Shown here: piece after piece, positions 30,096 to 38,234 of the stretch
Numbering within the stretch: position 1 is the stretch's first letter
Layout: the number at the start of each line of letters is the position of its first letter
Assembly (NCBI GenBank): GCA_022844165.1
Contig: JALHMH010000003.1
Span: 128,001 to 192,000 of the forward strand
Direction of reading: 5' to 3'
Length of the DNA stretch: 64,000 bases
DNA from: Lysobacterales bacterium
GTDB taxonomy: Bacteria; Pseudomonadota; Gammaproteobacteria; Xanthomonadales; SZUA-5
Translations under genes and position numbers: made by a program
Notes under the pieces: generated by a model
Told to the model about the DNA's origin: nothing
The model's database searches: none
What the model saw: the letters and a program-made list of their open reading frames with translations, nothing else

Positions 30096-32237
30096 ATGGC
30101 CACAACAATTGCCGATGTACTCGATCTGTTGCACAAGCGCCTGGGCAAACACTGGACGGTTGCTGCACCGCTTGGATTGGGTAAACCCAATGCCCTGCTC
30201 AATGCCATTTACGCCGCAGCGAAGGCCGATTCGTCGATCCAGTTGCTGATTCTGACGGCATTGTCGCTGGCCCGGCCACAGCCCAGGGCCGACCTGGAAA
30301 AGCGCTTTCTCGGACCGTTCGCGGCACGTTGGTGGGGCGAAGATTATCCTGACCTGAATTATGTGGCAGATGTTCGCAGTGGCCAGGTGCCGAAGAACGT
30401 TTCGGTGCACGAGTTCTATCTGCAATCGGGCTCGATGTTGGGATGTGGGTTGGCGCAGCAGAACTACACCAGCGTTAACTACACGCATGTGGCGCGCGAC
30501 GTCGCAGCGGCCGGCGCGAATGTCGCGGTGCAACTGTTGGCGCGTCGCGAAGCACCCGGAGGCCCTCGCTACAGTTTGTCGTGCAACACGGATGTCACGC
30601 TCGATCTGCGCGATCGGCTCGCGGCCGAAGGACGACGGCTGGTCATGATCGGTGTCGTGCACCCAGATCTCCCTTTCATCGGCAACGACGCCGAAGTCGA
30701 TGCGCGGTTGTTCGATGCCATCATCGATAGCCCGCCACACGAGTTATTCGCACTGCCTCGGCAGCCGGTGGAAGACGCCGAATATGTGCTCGGACTGCAT
30801 GCCAGTACGTTGGTCAAGGACGGCGGTACCTTGCAGATCGGAATCGGCGCGTTGTCCGATGCGCTGGTCTATGCGTTACGTTTGCGCCATCGAGACAATC
30901 TTGCATATCGCACCCTGATCGAGACGCTACAGGAACCGAACGAGCGCCTGTTGGCCGCCAAAATTGGCGGCTTTGAGCCGCTGACGACGGGCCTTTATGG
31001 CGCCAGCGAAATGGTCATGGATGGCTTCATGGAATTGCACCGTGCCGGCATCCTGAAGCGCCGCGTGTACGAGTCCACCGCCTTGCAGCAATTGCTCAAT
31101 CGTGGCGCGATTGGCACGACGCTGCGTGGCGAACAGCTCGATCTCCTGATCGAATCGGCGGTCTATCCAAGGCCGCTTGATGCCGATGCGATTGAACTGC
31201 TGACGACCCTGGCGCTGTTGCCGGCAGGCACCACACTGGCCTCCCGCGAGCGGTTTCGCTGGCCCGATGGCAGCGAGTGCGACACCCTGCTGGCGGACGG
31301 CGCGACGCGTGAGCGATTGCGCGCCTGGATCGATGGCCGCGAACTGACGGGCGGGCGCTATCTGCACGGAGCGTTTTACCTGGGTTCCAAAGCGCTTTAT
31401 GCGTGGATGCGAGCGCTTGAGGGTGCAGATTTCGACGGTTTTTCGATGACGCGCGTGTCCCACATCAACGAGTTATACGGTGGCCAGGAAGCCTTGCACC
31501 GCGCGCAGCGCCATGACGCACGGTTCTTCAATACCTGCATGATGCAAACGCTGCTCGGCGCTGCGGTTTCGGATGCCCTCGACTCCGGGCAAATCGTCAG
31601 CGGCGTTGGCGGCCAATACAACTTCGTCGCGATGGCGCATGCGCTACCGACGGGGCGTTCGGTATTGATGTTGCGCTCGACGCGCGAATCGGGCGGAGAA
31701 GTGCGCTCTAACATCGTCTGGAATTACGGCCACACGACGATCCCAAGGCACCTTCGCGATCTCGTCGTCACCGAGTACGGTATCGCTGATTTGCGCGGTC
31801 AAAGCGATTTGGAGTGCATCCGGCGACTGCTCGCGATCAGCGATGCTCGTTTTCAGGACGAGTTGTTGGCTCAGGCTAAAACCGCGGGCAAGGCGCCGGC
31901 CGATATGACGATCGCCGAGCGCCATCGAAGCAATCGACCTGAGCACTTGAGCGCGGTTTTGCGTGACGCAAAATCGCGCGGACTGTTTAGTTTGTTTCCG
32001 TTCGGCTCGGACTTCGACGCCGTAGAAGAGCGTACCGTCAGTGCGCTGCGCTGGCTCAAGGCCAATACGGTCCGTACGCCCGATCGCGTGCGCACCTTGT
32101 TCGCCGCACTCGGCGCTCGCCCCGGCATTGAGGAAACCGCAGTGCTGAAGCGTCTAGATCTCGACCAGCCGAAAAGCTTCCATGAGCGACTGTACGCTAG
32201 GTTGGTGACGTTGGCGCTGCGACGTTCGCATCAATGA
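30096..32237 (+). CDS. Acetyl-CoA hydrolase/transferase family protein
   Basis: PLGLGKPN, NYTHVARD, SLSCNTD, DGGTLQIGIG, SGVGGQYNFVAMAH, GHTTIPRHLRD.VVTEYGIADLRG. Confidence 0.92.
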   Translation: MATTIADVLDLLHKRLGKHWTVAAPLGLGKPNALLNAIYAAAKADSSIQLLILTALSLARPQPRADLEKRFLGPFAARWWGEDYPDLNYVADVRSGQVPKNVSVHEFYLQSGSMLGCGLAQQNYTSVNYTHVARDVAAAGANVAVQLLARREAPGGPRYSLSCNTDVTLDLRDRLAAEGRRLVMIGVVHPDLPFIGNDAEVDARLFDAIIDSPPHELFALPRQPVEDAEYVLGLHASTLVKDGGTLQIGIGALSDALVYALRLRHRDNLAYRTLIETLQEPNERLLAAKIGGFEPLTTGLYGASEMVMDGFMELHRAGILKRRVYESTALQQLLNRGAIGTTLRGEQLDLLIESAVYPRPLDADAIELLTTLALLPAGTTLASRERFRWPDGSECDTLLADGATRERLRAWIDGRELTGGRYLHGAFYLGSKALYAWMRALEGADFDGFSMTRVSHINELYGGQEALHRAQRHDARFFNTCMMQTLLGAAVSDALDSGQIVSGVGGQYNFVAMAHALPTGRSVLMLRSTRESGGEVRSNIVWNYGHTTIPRHLRDLVVTEYGIADLRGQSDLECIRRLLAISDARFQDELLAQAKTAGKAPADMTIAERHRSNRPEHLSAVLRDAKSRGLFSLFPFGSDFDAVEERTVSALRWLKANTVRTPDRVRTLFAALGARPGIEETAVLKRLDLDQPKSFHERLYARLVTLALRRSHQ

Positions 32238-32454
32238 GCCGACACTGCGCTCATCGGGCTTCTCGCCGGGCCGGTTGAAGATTGCGAGTTGCAGACCAGT
32301 ATTGCTCGCCTCTGGAATCCGTTTCTTCAAAGCGGCTGTGGCTTTTGCGGCCCCATGAATCAGGGGATAAGACTCGGCGCGGACACGCCGCAGGCGTGTG
32401 CCGATCCAAAAGACCGGCGGCTTTGCCGCCAGGCCGGAAATGCGCGAAGCGCGC

Positions 32455-32702
32455 GGGCTTGTGGCGAGTACGCTGTCGAACGAAGCCAGCAATGCTCGTT
32501 GATCTGAGGCGAAGCCTCGCTAGAGTCCTTGACGGAGCCGGATCTTGTCAATTGAGTCTGTTTCTTCAGAGCGGTTTTGGCTTTGGCAGCCCCCTTAAAT
32601 TAAGGGGGCGATTGAGCGCGCAGCGCTCGATGGGGGTTGTGGAAAGTACGGTGTCTGGCGAAGCCAACAATGCTCGGCGGTCTGAGGCGAAGCCTCGCTA
32701 GA
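32455..32702 (+). repeat. Two imperfect 70-bp direct repeats (32455-32524, 32633-32702) in a hairpin-rich intergenic mosaic
   Basis: Copies share TTGTGG..AGTACG.TGTC...CGAAGCCA.CAATGCTCG....TCTGAGGCGAAGCCTCGCTAGA; 11 mismatches in 70 by manual alignment. Confidence 0.85.
32570..32633 (-). repeat. REP-like double-hairpin intergenic repeat, copy B
   Basis: GCCCCCTTAAATTAAGGGGGC followed by ATTGAGCGCGCAGCGCTCGAT; reverse-complement homologue of 24644-24707. Confidence 0.75.
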
Positions 32703-33411
32703 AGTTGTACACCAGATTGGTCGTGAACAATGAGTCGGTCTTTTCCAGGCCGGGCGCAACATCCGTGTTGTGGCGGAACTGCAGCCCAGCCTTGAGCGCG
32801 AGCCGGTCACTCATCTTCACCACCAACCCGGCGTCGTTCTGGGCAAAGGTGTTATCCGAGCCAGCTTCAAGCAACAAGGTGTTTTCGAAGCTGGTGGTCT
32901 CGGTCAACACATGCTTGAATCCCATCAAACCGCGCACGATGAACTCGCCGTCGGTCTCGCCGCTGACCACTTCCTTAAAGCGCCGGTAACCGGGTCCGCC
33001 TTCGAACAACCACTCGGTGGCATCGTTCTTGATCGCGTAATAACCGTAGCTCAACGCGGCGATCGCCTGATAGTCGAACGGCGCGAAGTCGTCGTTTTCG
33101 TATCGCAGCGAGCCATTGAGGTAGCTGCGTTCATCGAACTTGTAGGCTGACGAACCGGTCAGTTCATAGCGGTTGGCGGTCAACACCAACTCGTCGGTGC
33201 CGGCCACTTCACCTTTCTGACGCAGTACGGCGAAACCGAGGGCGTGTTTCCACTGCGCATCTTCGAGCGTAAGTCCCAGCCTGGCGTTCAACGATTCGGT
33301 TTCCGAGTTGCCTCGCGACAGCGCAAGGCCCAGTTCACCCGCACCCTTCCAACCTTCGGCAAGCGAAGCGCTCGACAACGCTAAAAGTGCCACAACAGAA
33401 ATGCAACGCAT
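32698..33411 (-). CDS. DUF481/YdiY-family outer-membrane beta-barrel
   Basis: Signal peptide; WKGAGELG...SRGNSETES, RYENDDF, EGGPGYRR, KTDSLFTTNLVYNF (C-terminal Phe). Confidence 0.9.
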   Translation of the reverse strand: MRCISVVALLALSSASLAEGWKGAGELGLALSRGNSETESLNARLGLTLEDAQWKHALGFAVLRQKGEVAGTDELVLTANRYELTGSSAYKFDERSYLNGSLRYENDDFAPFDYQAIAALSYGYYAIKNDATEWLFEGGPGYRRFKEVVSGETDGEFIVRGLMGFKHVLTETTSFENTLLLEAGSDNTFAQNDAGLVVKMSDRLALKAGLQFRHNTDVAPGLEKTDSLFTTNLVYNF

Positions 33412-33483
33412 CTAAATTGTCCTGATCAGAAAAACCGCACGAATGCTGGTTCGCCGGCGCTGAATTGCCGGTGAAGCGGCACG

Positions 33484-34281
33484 CTATCGATTCAGGAAGA
33501 AGCTAAAGACCATGTCGGCAATCAAAATGGCGCAGATGCTGTAAACCACGGCGCGCGTAGTGGCACGGCCTACGCCTTCGGCGCCGCCTGTGACCGAAAA
33601 GCCGGTCGCGACGCCAATCAGCACGATCAAAACGCCGAACACCACGCTCTTGATCAGTCCCTGATTGATGTCCCAGGGCTCAAGTACGATCAAACACTGG
33701 TAGAGGAATCCAGACAGGCTCATATCGACGCTGCCCAGGGCGAACAGTGCGCCGCCGACGATCGCAAAAAAGTCGGCGATCAACGTCAGGCACGGCAGCA
33801 TCACGATCGTCGCGATCATCGGAGGTGCTGCGAGATAGCGTACCGGCTCAACGCCGATGACGCGCAGGGCGTCTATTTCCTGCGAAACCACCATCGAACC
33901 CAGGCGAGCAGCCAAAGCCGATGCCGAACGGCCCGCGACGACGATGCCCGTAATCAGTGGCCCGAACTCGCGCGTCACGCCGATTCCCAGGCCTACAACG
34001 ATGGCACTCTCGGCACCGAATCGCTCCAATTGCGCGATACCGTTGATCGCCAGGCTCAAGCCGATGGTCACCGCCAATAGCGAAACGATTGGGACCGCAT
34101 CGACGCCAATTTGCCGCATCTGCTCAAACACCGCCTTGACGCGCAACGGCTGCCCGACGCGCCAACCGAAGAAAGTGAAGTAGAAGGTCTCGACCAGCAG
34201 CGCCCCGTAGTAGCCGAGTTCCAACAATGCCGCCTGCGTATTGCGGCCCAGATTGACAATGGCGTTGTACGCTGAAGTCAT
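33484..34281 (-). CDS. mlaE: MlaE-family ABC transporter permease
   Basis: QMRQIGVDAVPIV, TREFGPLITGIVVAGRS, LGSMVVSQEIDALRVIG..P.RYL..P, GLIKSVVFG, GGAEGVGRATT.AVV. Confidence 0.93.
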   Translation of the reverse strand: MTSAYNAIVNLGRNTQAALLELGYYGALLVETFYFTFFGWRVGQPLRVKAVFEQMRQIGVDAVPIVSLLAVTIGLSLAINGIAQLERFGAESAIVVGLGIGVTREFGPLITGIVVAGRSASALAARLGSMVVSQEIDALRVIGVEPVRYLAAPPMIATIVMLPCLTLIADFFAIVGGALFALGSVDMSLSGFLYQCLIVLEPWDINQGLIKSVVFGVLIVLIGVATGFSVTGGAEGVGRATTRAVVYSICAILIADMVFSFFLNR

Positions 34282-34370
34282 GGTGTCTTATCGACCCGCG
34301 AAGTTCGGAGCGAACCCTGACTGTTGCAGGGTCGCCGCGGTTCTCGCCTCTGCTGTTGAGCAAACCAGGA

Positions 34371-34703
34371 TCACTTGTTCGCTTCGTCCAGGTTGGCAAA
34401 AATCGGAAAGACGCGGTCGAGACGGGCCAGTTCGAGCACAGCGTGCACGGGTTTGCTCACCGCAACCAGATTGAACCGTTGCCCTTTGCCGCGGGCATTC
34501 TGAAAACCCTCGACAAGCGCCGCGATCCCGGAGGAATCAATGTACGTGACTTGCGACAGGTCCACGGCTACAGGCCGGCCGGTCGCCAGTGCATCGAGGA
34601 TCGTCTTGCGCAGACGCTGCGACCACGACAAGTCGACCTCGCCGCTGACGCGAACGAGCTTAAAGCCTTGCTGATCTTCGGTGGCGCAATGATTCTGAGT
34701 CAT
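34371..34703 (-). CDS. STAS-domain anti-sigma factor antagonist (RsbV/SpoIIAA-like)
   Basis: VSGEVD, VDLSQVTYIDSSGIAALV (phospho-Ser motif), VLELARLDRVFPI. Confidence 0.92.
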   Translation of the reverse strand: MTQNHCATEDQQGFKLVRVSGEVDLSWSQRLRKTILDALATGRPVAVDLSQVTYIDSSGIAALVEGFQNARGKGQRFNLVAVSKPVHAVLELARLDRVFPIFANLDEANK

Positions 34704-34886
34704 GGTTCGCGGCTGGCAAAAAGTAAATGTCGATAGCGATGGAGTTCACCTGGCGAGCGCGTGCCAAAAGGCGCCAGAATGACTTCGCTGACCTCCGGCG
34801 CCTACACTAGGCTATGAAGCGTCAAAGGTAAAAGGTCAAAATGCCAATCCTGCGCTCGGCTTCCTATCGCTTTGCCGCCGCGCACG

Positions 34887-36539
34887 CTACGGCAGACGTT
34901 TGACCATTCTCAACAAGTTGCCACCGCCGTCGGGTCGCAGGAATGTCCACTCGTCCATCACCGAATCGATCAGGTTGATGCCCAGGCCGCCCGGGCGACA
35001 CTCGCTCAGGTCCCTGGGGCGAATGCGAGTGGCGTCGACGGGCGATGCGAAGTCGCGCAGTTCGAAACGTACCGCGCCTGGATCAAGCCAAAACGAGAGC
35101 TCGACGCGCCCATCGATGCTGCCGCCATAGGCGTGGCGAATGACATTGGCGACGGCTTCGTCGACACTCAGGACCAGGCGTTGCCGTTCGGTCTCGTTGA
35201 AACCCAAACCCACGACAATATCGCTGACCGCACGGCGCACCAGACATAGGTTTTGAGGGTCGCTCAGACCGCCCATGCCGCCGAGATAGCGCGTTGGCGC
35301 GTCGTCATCTGCAAGCAACATCAATGTGGTGTCATCCGCCAGAGCGAGCTTTCGCAAGTGCCCGACCATCGCCCGCACTCGCGCCCGCGGCGACACGCCT
35401 GCCACGCGTTTGATCAAATCGCGAACGCCGTCCATGCCGATCGGCCGGCGATCCGGGCCACGTACATCGGTGACGCCATCGGAAAAAGCGTACAACGAAC
35501 CGCCCGCGAGCGCGAGACGTTGTGCGTCGTACCCGGTGTCCTTGAGGATTCCCAACGGCGGGCCGTCGGCCGGTATCTCCCGGAACCGGCCGTCGCGATA
35601 CAGTAACAGTGGTGGGAAGCCCGCAGAGGCCAGCTCAATCTGGCTGGTGTTTCGGTCCAGGTAGCCAACCAGCGCGCAAACGAACATCCCGCGCGTGACG
35701 GTTTCGCATAACTCCTGATTGACCCGCGACAGCCACACGCCGGGCGTGGCGCCGTCCTTGCCAGCCCAGCGTAAACAGCTCGACGCGCGCACCATCAGAA
35801 GCGCGGCGTCCATACCCTTGCCGGCCACATCGCCGACACAGAATGCTATCCGACCATCGTCGACCTCGAAGTAGTCGTAGAAGTCGCCGGAAATCTCGCG
35901 CGCAGGCAGATTCATTGCAACGATCGGAAGATCGCGGCGGCGCGGCGGCAACAGCGTCTTTTGCATTTGCCGCGCAAGCTGGAATTCGCGTTTGATTCGG
36001 TTCTGCTCGACCAGCTCACGCGACAAACGGGCATTGTTCAAGGCCAGGGCGGTCGGGACCGCGAGCAGGCGCAACACGTCGGCATCATGCGTATCGAACA
36101 AGGCGCCGTCGCGTTTGTTCAGTACCTGCAAAGCGCCAATCGGTCCGTTGGCGCTGTCCAGCGGCGCGCTCAAGATCGAGCGCGACAGGAATCCGCGCTG
36201 ATTGCCCAGAAAGTCAGGATCACGGGTGGTATCGCGAACCAATTGAACGCGATTCTCGGCAATCGCTCGACCGACGATGCCCTTGCCGCGTTCGACGCGA
36301 AGGCCCACCACATCAACCGGCCCGGCGCTCGCGCGGCAAACGCTGCTGCCGTCCTCATCGACCAAAAAAACCGCCGCCGCTTCGGCATTCATGTATTCGG
36401 CGATCTGCGCCACGGCGCGTCGCAGGGTCTCGTCAATATCCAACGTCGCCGCGAAGGCGTGCGAAAAATCGGCAAGGATGCCGACCTCCTCGGCACCGAT
36501 ACTGCGATCCCGCGCCGACACGGCCGTTGGCAGTGTCAC
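34887..36539 (-). CDS. GAF + SpoIIE/PP2C phosphatase + RsbW-type HATPase fusion
   Basis: GTG start overlaps the pssA stop (GTGA); GAF IGALQVLNK..FD..D; PP2C PAREISGDFYD, GDVAGKG, SAGFPP, SDGVTD, DDTTL; HATPase_c_2 DEAVANVIRHAY, GGLGINLIDSVMD. Confidence 0.92.
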   Translation of the reverse strand: MTLPTAVSARDRSIGAEEVGILADFSHAFAATLDIDETLRRAVAQIAEYMNAEAAAVFLVDEDGSSVCRASAGPVDVVGLRVERGKGIVGRAIAENRVQLVRDTTRDPDFLGNQRGFLSRSILSAPLDSANGPIGALQVLNKRDGALFDTHDADVLRLLAVPTALALNNARLSRELVEQNRIKREFQLARQMQKTLLPPRRRDLPIVAMNLPAREISGDFYDYFEVDDGRIAFCVGDVAGKGMDAALLMVRASSCLRWAGKDGATPGVWLSRVNQELCETVTRGMFVCALVGYLDRNTSQIELASAGFPPLLLYRDGRFREIPADGPPLGILKDTGYDAQRLALAGGSLYAFSDGVTDVRGPDRRPIGMDGVRDLIKRVAGVSPRARVRAMVGHLRKLALADDTTLMLLADDDAPTRYLGGMGGLSDPQNLCLVRRAVSDIVVGLGFNETERQRLVLSVDEAVANVIRHAYGGSIDGRVELSFWLDPGAVRFELRDFASPVDATRIRPRDLSECRPGGLGINLIDSVMDEWTFLRPDGGGNLLRMVKRLP

Positions 36540-37294
36540 GCCGCAGCTCCACGTTTGCGCAATCGACGCCATGCCCACATGGCCGGGCCGCTGGCGATGT
36601 AAACAAGACCAATGACCAGCAGCATCGAGGGCGGATGCGCAGCCACCGGGATGATGGCGAGAATGGTCAGCAACACCCAGAAGAAGGGCACACGCTCGGG
36701 CCAGACCTTGAAGCTGTAATACGGAATGCGACTCACCATCAGCAATGCCAGGGTCATCGTCAGAGCCAGCGCGAACCAGCGGGTACCCGTTCCGAATACC
36801 GAGAAGTCCTCCATCGCCCAAACGAAAGCCATCAGCGTGCCGGCGGCCGCAGGACTGGCCAGGCCGGTGAAAAAACGCTTGTCGCCGCTACCAGCCTGAG
36901 TATTGAAGCGCGCCAGACGCAACGCCGCGCAGGCCGCGTACAAAAAAGCGATCAGCCAACCCAGTTTGCCAGCGAAATTGCCATAGCTGCGAAGGTCAGC
37001 GAGCGCCCACATATAAACAATGAGCGCCGGCGCCAGTCCGAAACTGATCAGGTCCGACAGCGAATCGTATTGCACACCGAATTCGCTTTGAGTATTGGTC
37101 ATACGCGCGACGCGGCCATCCAGACCGTCGAACAACCCAGCCACGAAGACCGCAACGACGGCAGCAACGAATTGCTCGTTGATGCCGGCAACGATGGCAT
37201 AGAAGCCGCTGAACATCGCGCCCGTGGTCAGCAGGTTCGGTAGCAAGTAAATGCCGGGCGGCCGCCGCTTTTGGTCGGTATCGGATTCAGTCAT
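36536..37294 (-). CDS. pssA: CDP-diacylglycerol--serine O-phosphatidyltransferase
   Basis: GIYLLPNLLT, DGLDGRVARMTNTQSEFGVQYDSLSDLISFGLAPA, ALRLARFN, FTGLASPAAAG. Confidence 0.96.
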   Translation of the reverse strand: MTESDTDQKRRPPGIYLLPNLLTTGAMFSGFYAIVAGINEQFVAAVVAVFVAGLFDGLDGRVARMTNTQSEFGVQYDSLSDLISFGLAPALIVYMWALADLRSYGNFAGKLGWLIAFLYAACAALRLARFNTQAGSGDKRFFTGLASPAAAGTLMAFVWAMEDFSVFGTGTRWFALALTMTLALLMVSRIPYYSFKVWPERVPFFWVLLTILAIIPVAAHPPSMLLVIGLVYIASGPAMWAWRRLRKRGAAA

Positions 37295-37403
37295 GCGCGG
37301 TCGAACGCCAGTTAAAGAATGTGGTCATTGTATCGCCACGACCAGTCGATGTTGTCGTAAGCTGTAGCAATCGCTTTGTTAGCACAAACAAAAGGAGCTT
37401 GCC

Positions 37404-37814
37404 GTGCGCATCGTTGCCGCCATCGCATTGACGCTGTTCGCTGCCGGTGCTCTCGCGCAAGACGCGAGTCCGACGCAGGATGCCAACAAGGTGTACAAGT
37501 GGACCGACGAAAACGGGACTGTGCATTTTTCGCCGAAACCCCCGGAGAACAACAAGGCCGAAGAAGTGGCGCTGCGCAAGGGTCCAGCTGTGGTCGTGCC
37601 GACGGGTCCGACCGAAGAAGAGATGATTGCCAAACGCTGCAAACAACATGAAGAAAATCTGGCTCTGCTGGCCGACAAAGAAAAAACCTTGACCATCGGC
37701 GATGGCGCCAACAAGCGCGAACTGACGGCCAAAGAGCGTGACGACCAGTTGGCGATCGCCAAGGCCTCTCTTGAACTATGCCGGTTGACGAAGGCTGCCC
37801 CGACCACACCGTGA
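37404..37814 (+). CDS. DUF4124 domain protein
   Basis: AAGGAG RBS; signal peptide; VYKWTDENGTVHFSPKPP; Cys pair in the helical C-terminus. Confidence 0.88.
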   Translation: MRIVAAIALTLFAAGALAQDASPTQDANKVYKWTDENGTVHFSPKPPENNKAEEVALRKGPAVVVPTGPTEEEMIAKRCKQHEENLALLADKEKTLTIGDGANKRELTAKERDDQLAIAKASLELCRLTKAAPTTP

Positions 37815-37822
37815 CGCTCGTC

Positions 37823-38104
37823 ATGCGTCAACGCGGCGGCGCTGGGCTGTGGGTTCTTTTGGCGCTCGCGCTTGCCGCAGTGGGGTTCGCATGGTGGCGA
37901 TTTTTCCCAGATTCGCTGCCCACGACCGTACGCCAGGTGACGCCACCGTCCCCAACTTCAAGCCCCGTGCTGTACAAATGGCGGGATGCCAAGGGCAACC
38001 TGAATTACACCGACACACCGCCGGCAGATCGGCCGTTCGAAAAGGTGCAGATTGACCCAAATACGAATGTGTTGCCTTCCGGTGTCGCACCTGAGCCGGG
38101 CTGA
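37823..38104 (+). CDS. DUF4124 domain protein, membrane-anchored
   Basis: N-terminal TM; LYKWRDAKGNLNYTDTPP..PFEKV.IDPNTN. Start GTG 37811 or ATG 37823. Confidence 0.85.
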   Translation: MRQRGGAGLWVLLALALAAVGFAWWRFFPDSLPTTVRQVTPPSPTSSPVLYKWRDAKGNLNYTDTPPADRPFEKVQIDPNTNVLPSGVAPEPG

Positions 38105-38234
38105 TCGGGCGCACGCTGGTCGCGGTAAGGCAAGGGCCGTACACGAAGTTCGTGCGTCAGGCGCCGCCCGTTGAGGAGCGGCGCCGTCCCATGAAAACGG
38201 AAACTCCGCTTTAGGCGCCGGCTCCGCCGTCACC

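Noticed and set aside
32455-32702. Possible CRISPR array (repeat-spacer-repeat)
   Set aside because: Only two imperfect 70-bp copies 108 bp apart; wrong size, and no cas genes in the window.
36540-36821. N-terminal extension of the PP2C fusion
   Set aside because: Overlaps pssA in another frame; the GTGA coupling at 36539 is the plausible start.
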